Source of the DNA: Octopus sinensis
Taxonomy: Eukaryota
Direction of reading: 5' to 3'
DNA length: 33,469 bases
NCBI RefSeq assembly: GCF_006345805.1
Contig: NW_021831964.1
Location: 1 to 33,469 of the forward strand
The first letter of the stretch is position 1; each line of letters begins with the position of its first letter. Positions 32,584 through 33,469 of this stretch are shown in pieces. The notes below the pieces were generated by a model, which did no database searches, was not told the DNA's origin, and worked only from the letters and a program-made list of their open reading frames with translations. The position numbers and the translations under genes were made by a program.

Positions 32584-32873
32584 TAATTCATTTAACGCTG
32601 CTCTGAGACTACTTTGACAGCCGACGCATCCGTATTTTCAGATATACTGTGCAACCGTATAGTCAATCCAATTTTTTAAATAATTTTGTTATATATTTAA
32701 ATAATATAAATTAAATAATCTTATGTATTGGCTTAAGTATTTCATTGTTTGATTTGCCTAATAGTGGTTTTGTCTCTAATTTAATATAATATAATATTTT
32801 ACTATAAAAATTGGATTCAATCCTAAATCTGATTTTCCCTGTAAGTTTGGATTTATTCCTTAATATTTATTAT

Positions 32874-32941
<68 letters not shown>

Positions 32942-33037
32942 AATATTAATTCATTTAACGCTGCTCTGAGACTACTTTGACAGCTGACGCATCCGTATTT
33001 TCAGATATACTGTGCAACCGTATAGTCAATCCAATTT
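32584..33037. repeat. 91-bp direct repeat pair (32584-32674 and 32947-33037), one mismatch
   Basis: TAATTCATTTAACGCTGCTCTGAGAC...GTCAATCCAATTT occurs twice, with C32621 versus T32984. Confidence 0.95.
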
Positions 33038-33130
33038 GATCGCTTAAAGCTAATCATCTGTGCGCAGGTTGTTCAGCAAAAGAAAGTTTTTGGACTCGAG
33101 TAACCACCAAGGATATATATATATATATAT

Positions 33131-33300
33131 TCTATTATATAAATGAAAATGTATACGTGTATGTCACCGAAAGGCTCCTAAACGGTGCATCTCAGAGAAG
33201 AACAGACTTGATTTACGAAATCGGAGTCTAAAGAAGGCTTTGGGGTATTAGTAATAAAAGAATATAATTTGTTACGAGAAATAGCTCAACTTCCAGATCA
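33131..33300 (+). mobile_element. Possible Helitron-like non-autonomous element 5' end
   Basis: TCTATTATATAAATGAAAATGTATACGTGTATGTC resembles the TC(T)A.TATATAA start of non-autonomous Helitrons. No 3' hairpin/CTRR was identified. Confidence 0.3.
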
Positions 33301-33380
33301 CAAACATTGAACGTCTTTAAAAGCCGTCTGTCTATCTACCTCTTTCTCTAACTGACTGTCTATCTACGTCTTTCTCTCTG

Positions 33381-33440
<60 letters not shown>

Positions 33441-33469
33441 GCTATCTATCTTTTACGCTCCCCTATCCC

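Noticed and set aside
1-33469. CRISPR array or prokaryotic system
   Set aside because: No identical repeats with unique equal-length spacers, and the content is entirely eukaryotic repeats.

Overview
Repeat-saturated, AT-rich eukaryotic DNA. The SINE sequences and (TTAGGG)n-type repeats point to an octopus/cephalopod genome; this is an inference from family recognition, not a database hit. I found no convincing host protein-coding exon, and most listed ORFs are microsatellite translation artefacts. The window holds about 25 tRNA-derived SINE copies or fragments of at least three structural types, several with clear TSDs and nesting. It also has decayed fragments of four non-LTR clades (CR1-like, RTE, Tx1/L1-like, and R4/Dong-like twice, one copy embedded in (TAA)n). 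DNA transposons are a full-length 1,281-bp DD34D mariner with TIRs and a TA TSD, a decayed maT/DD37D-like transposase, and two inverted copies of a MITE with 8-bp TSDs that carries a variable telomere-type (CCCTAA)n tract. Several minimal hammerhead-ribozyme motifs of the Penelope-like-element type occur, one forming a perfect 71-bp-arm palindrome. All 13 SINEs left of ~19 kb lie on the minus strand, and that polarity ends near an RFX X-box/CCAAT motif pair at 19.57 kb.
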